Assembly: GCF_009914755.1 (NCBI RefSeq)
Contig: NC_060940.1
Strand: one strand, 5' to 3'
DNA: 64,000 nucleotides
Source of the DNA: the human T2T-CHM13v2.0 reference genome, Homo sapiens
The translations under genes and the position numbers were made by a program. Under the pieces are notes generated by a model. It was not told the origin of the DNA. It searched no databases and was given only the letters and a program-made list of their open reading frames with translations. Numbering within the stretch: position 1 is the stretch's first letter; each line of letters begins with the position of its first letter. Below, piece after piece: positions 59,706-64,000 of the stretch.

Positions 59706-61869
59706 TCAAGTGCATTCGATGATATCATTCGATTCCATTTGATGATAATTCCATTTGATTCCATGCGATGATTCTATTCGATTCCATTCAATGATAATTC
59801 CATTCAATTCAGTGATTCCTCTGGACTCCATTTGATGATTATTCCATTCAATGATTCCATTCGATTCTATTCCAAAATGATTCCATTTGAATCCATTTGA
59901 TGATGATTCCATTAGATTCCATTTGATGATTCCATTCGATTCCATTTGACGATGATTCCATTCGATTCCATTTGATGATTCCATTCTATTCTATTCGATT
60001 ATGATTCCATTCGATTCCATTTGATGATGATTGGATTCGATTCCATTTGATGATTTCATTTGATTCCATTCGTTAATGATTTCGATCAACTCCATTCGAT
60101 GATTCCATTTGATTCCATTCGATAATGATTACATCCGAGTCCATTCGATGATTCCATTTGAGCCCGTTCGATAATTCCATTTGAGTCCAATCAATGATTC
60201 CATTCATTTCCATTCAATGATTCCATTCGAGTCCATTTGATCATTCTGGTAGGGTCCGTTCGATGTTGATTCCATTGGAGTGCATTCGATGATTCCATTC
60301 GAGTCCATTTTATGATTTGATTCGAGTCCTTTCGATGATTCCATTCGATTCCACTCCATGATGATTTCATTCGAGTCCATTCGACACTTCCAATCGATTC
60401 CATTTGATGTTTCCATTCGAGTCCAATTGATGATTCCATTCAATTCCATTCGATGATGATTCCGTACGATTCCATTCTGTGATGATTCCATGTGATTGCA
60501 TTCAATGATGATTCCTTTCGATTGCATTCGATTATGATTCATTTTGTGTTCATTCTATGGTTCCACAGGTTTCCATTCGATGACGTTTCCGTTCGTGTCC
60601 ATTCCATTATTCCATTCTATTTCATTTGATGATGATTCCATTCGATTCCATTCATTGGTGATTCCACTCAATTCCATTCAATGATTCCATTCCATTTGTT
60701 TCAACAATGATTCCCTTAGTTTCTATTCGATGATCCACTTGATTCCATTTGGCGATGATTCCATTCGTGTCCATTCGATGATTCCATTTGATTCCATATG
60801 ATGATGATTCCATTCGATTCCATACCATGATGATTCCATTCGAGTCCATTCAATGGTGATTCCATTCAATTCCATTCGATGATTCCTTCCGATTCCATTC
60901 GATGATGATGGCATTCGATTCCTTTCAATCATTCCCTTTGATTCCATTCAAAGGTGATTTCATTCAAGTCCATTCGATAATTGCATTCGATTCCATTCTA
61001 TGATGATTCCATTCGAGTCCATTTGATGATTCCATTCAATTCAAGTCAATGATGATTCCATTCGATTCCACTCGATGATTCCATTGGATTCCATTCGATG
61101 ATGATTCCATTCAAATCCATTCGATAATTCAATTCAAGTCCATTCGATGATGATTCCAATCGAATCCATTCAAAGATTCCATTCAATTCCATTCGATGAT
61201 GATTCCCTTAGATTCCATTCGATGATTCCACTTGATTCCATTTACGATGATTCCATTCGATTCCATGTGATGAATCCATTCAATTCTATTCAATGATGTT
61301 TCCATTTGATTCCATTGGACCATGATTGCCTTTGATTCCATTCAATGATTCCATTCGGTTCCATTTGATGATGATTCCGTTCGATTCCATTTCATTATTC
61401 CATTTGATTCCATTGGATGAGTCCGTTCGAATACATTCGATGATTATTCCATTCGAGTGCATTAGATGATTGCATTCGAGTCCATTCGATGATTCCATTC
61501 GATTCCATTCGATGTTGATTCTGTTCAAATCCATTCGATGATTCCACTCGATTCCATTCGATGACTCCATTTGATCCCATTCGATGATTTCCTGTGATTC
61601 CCTTTGATGATCATTCTATTTGATTCAATTCGGTGATTTCATTTCATTCCATTCAGTGATGTTTCCATTCGACTGTATTCGATGATGATTCCATTCGACT
61701 CCATTCGATTATGATTTCATTCAATTCCATTCAATAATGATTCCCTTCGAGTCCATTCGATGATTCCATTCGATTCCATTCAACGATGATTTGATTCGTT
61801 TCCATTCGATGATTCCATTTGATTCCACTTGATGATGATTCCATTCGAGTCCATTTGATGATTCCATTC

Positions 61870-63700
61870 GAGTCTATTTATGTATTATATTCGTGTCCAC
61901 TTCATGATTCCATTCAATTCCATTTAATGTTGATTCCATTTGATTCCATTTGATGATTCAGTTCGATTCCTTGCAATGATTCCCTACGATTCCTTTCTAT
62001 TATGATTCCATTCGATTCCATTCATTGATGATTTCATTCGACTCCATTCGATGATGATTCCTTTCGATTCCATTTGACGATGTTTCCATTCGAGTCCATT
62101 CGATGATGATTCTATTCAATTCTGTTCTATTATGATTCCATTCGATTTCATTCAATGCTTCTATTTGATTCCATTCGATGATGATTCCATCTCTTTCCCT
62201 TCGATGATTCCATTTGATTCCATTCAGTGATGATTCCATTTGATTCCATCTGATGATGATTTCACTTGATTCCTTTCAATGATGATTCAATTCAAGTCCA
62301 TTCTATGATTCCATTGGAGTCCAAACGATCATTCCGTTCGATTCCATTCAATGGTGATTCCATTCATGTCCATTCGATGAATCCATTCAATTCCATTCGA
62401 TGATGACTCCATTCGAGTACATTCGATGATTCCATTTGATTCCATTTGAAGATGATTCCATTCAATTCCATTCGAAGATGATTCCATTCAATTCCATTCG
62501 ATGATGATTCCGTATGAATCCATTCTCTGATTATTCCATTCGATTCCATTCATTGACGATTCCATTCAATTCCATTCAATGATGATTCTCTTCTATTCCA
62601 TTCGATGATTCCGGTCGATTCCATTCGATGATGATTCCATTAGATTCCATTCGATTGTTGCATTCGATTCCCTTCGATGATGATTCCTTTGAATTCCATT
62701 CGATTATCATTCCGTATGAATCCATTTGATGATTATTCCATTGGATTCCTTTCGATGATGATTCCATTCGATTCCATTTGATGATGTTTCTCTTGTATTC
62801 CATTGGATAATTCCTTTCAGTTCCCTTCGATGATTATTCTTTCGAGTCAATTCGATGATTCTATTCCATTCCCTTCGATGATGATTCCATTTCACTCCAT
62901 TTGATGATTCCATTCGACTCAATTTGGGGATGATTCAATTCGATGACATTCGATGACTCCATTCAATTTCATTTGATGATGATTACATTCGAGTCCATTT
63001 GATGATTGTATTCCTTTCCTTTTGATGATTATTCCATGCGTGTCTATTCAAAGGTTCCATTCTATTCCATTCAATGATGATTGCATTTGATTCCATTCAA
63101 TGATTATGGCTATCGATTCCACTCGTTGATTCCATTTGATTCCGTTCGATGATTATTCCGTTAGATTCCATTAGAAGATTCCATTCGATTTTATTCAATG
63201 ATTCCAATGGATTCCATTCAATGATGATTCCATTCGACTCCATTCAGTGATTCCATTCGAGTCCATTTGATGATTCCATTCTTTTCCATTTGATGATGAT
63301 TCCATTAGGGTCCATTCAATGATTCCATTCGAGTCCATTCGTTAATGCCTTTCGAGTCCTTTTGATCACTACATTCGAGTCCATTCAATGATTCTATTCG
63401 ATTCCATTCCATGATGATTCCATTCGAGTTCATTCGATGATTGCATTCGAGTCCATTTGATGATTCCATATGATTCCATTCGACAATGATTCCATTCGTG
63501 TCCATTTGATGATTCCATTCATTTCCTATCGATGAAGATTCCATTCAAGTGTATTCGATGATTCCATTCAAATCCATTCGATGATGATTCCATTCCAGTC
63601 CATTCGATCATTCCACTTGATTCCATTTGATGACTATTCCATTCAAATCCATTTGATGATTCCATTCGATTCCATTCGATGTTACCATTCGAGTATATAC
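61870..63700 (+). repeat. Divergent ~1.83-kb HSat2 segment, copy 3
   Basis: Same sequence as 19704-21534 at offset 42166 (ORFs 20198/62364, 20410/62576, 21139/63305). Confidence 0.88.
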
Positions 63701-64000
63701 GATGATTCCACTCGATTCCATTTGATGATTATTCCATTGGAGTCCACTTAGTGAATCCTTTAGATTCTACTCGACGATGATTCCATTCGAGTCCATTCGA
63801 TGATACCATTCAATTCCATTCGTTGATGCTTCCATTCAAGTGCATTCGATGATATCATTCGATTCCATTTGATGATAATTCCATTTGATTCCATGCGATG
63901 ATTCTATTCGATTCCATTCAATGATAATTCCATTCAATTCAGTGATTCCTCTGGACTCCATTTGATGATGATTCCATTCAATGATTCCATTCGATTCTAT

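Larger units (their letters stand above)
1..64000 (+). repeat. Satellite II (HSATII / HSat2, probably HSat2B-type) pericentromeric tandem array
   Basis: The entire window is diverged CATTC pentamers with GATGAT spacers (ATTCCATTCGATGATG; CATTCGATTC and CATTCGAGTC variants) in 23/26-bp monomers with abundant TCGA. This is the HSat2 signature rather than the purer (CATTC)n of HSat3. Orientation is constant throughout. Confidence 0.97.

Noticed and set aside
531-63544. Many short minus-strand ORFs (MESSSNGIEWNH...-type, 60-132 aa)
   Set aside because: They are translations of the (GAATG)n strand, which is ATG-rich and stop-poor. They are low complexity, overlap in several frames, recur with the repeat period and show no domain or gene structure. 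Similar database 'hypothetical proteins' would most likely be satellite-derived artefacts.
1-64000. CRISPR-like or other prokaryotic repeat-spacer system
   Set aside because: There are no constant repeats separated by unique spacers and no cas or other genes. All sequence is degenerate satellite monomer.
1-64000. HSat3, alpha satellite or telomeric repeat
   Set aside because: There are no long pure (CATTC)n runs (only about three to four pentamers in a row), no 171-bp monomers or CENP-B boxes and no TTAGGG arrays. The isolated TTAGGG at 531 is incidental.
1-64000. Inversion or strand switch, or embedded Alu/L1 insertion
   Set aside because: The CATTC strand stays on + throughout. I saw no GAATG-oriented block, poly-A tail or non-satellite sequence.

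Overview
The whole 64-kb window is one uninterrupted, same-orientation array of classical human-type satellite II (HSATII/HSat2). It consists of diverged (CATTC)n organised as 23/26-bp monomers such as GATGATTCCATTCGATTCCATTC and GATGATGATTCCATTCGAGTCCATTC, with the CATTC strand on +. I see no genes, RNA genes, transposons, alpha satellite or CRISPR; the listed ORFs are translations of the repeat. The informative signal is the higher-order architecture. A landmark (TTCAAGTGCATTCGATGATATC; ORF ending ...NDIIECT) recurs at 1062, 6265, 8520, 10775, 13030, 15285, 17540, 21670, 28773, 34315, 36349, 41891, 48003, 53545, 59706 and about 63836, giving spacings of 5203, 5x2255, 4130, 7103, 5542, 2034, 5542, 6112, 5542, 6161 and 4130 bp. 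These spacings derive from a 6112-bp master unit, a size matching the ~6.1-kb HSat2B unit known from the human chr16 pericentromere. The rearrangements are microhomology-bounded deletions (16, 23, 49, 72, 170, 570, 650 bp), tandem duplications (49 bp, 6x2255 bp, 2x7576 bp, 2x11654 bp), a back-jump of about 1.6 kb, and a distinct ~1.83-kb HSat2 segment present three times. I found no new protein-coding system. The novelty is limited to satellite structural evolution and possible transcription-factor motif amplification. All alignments were done by eye and from ORF-coordinate arithmetic.
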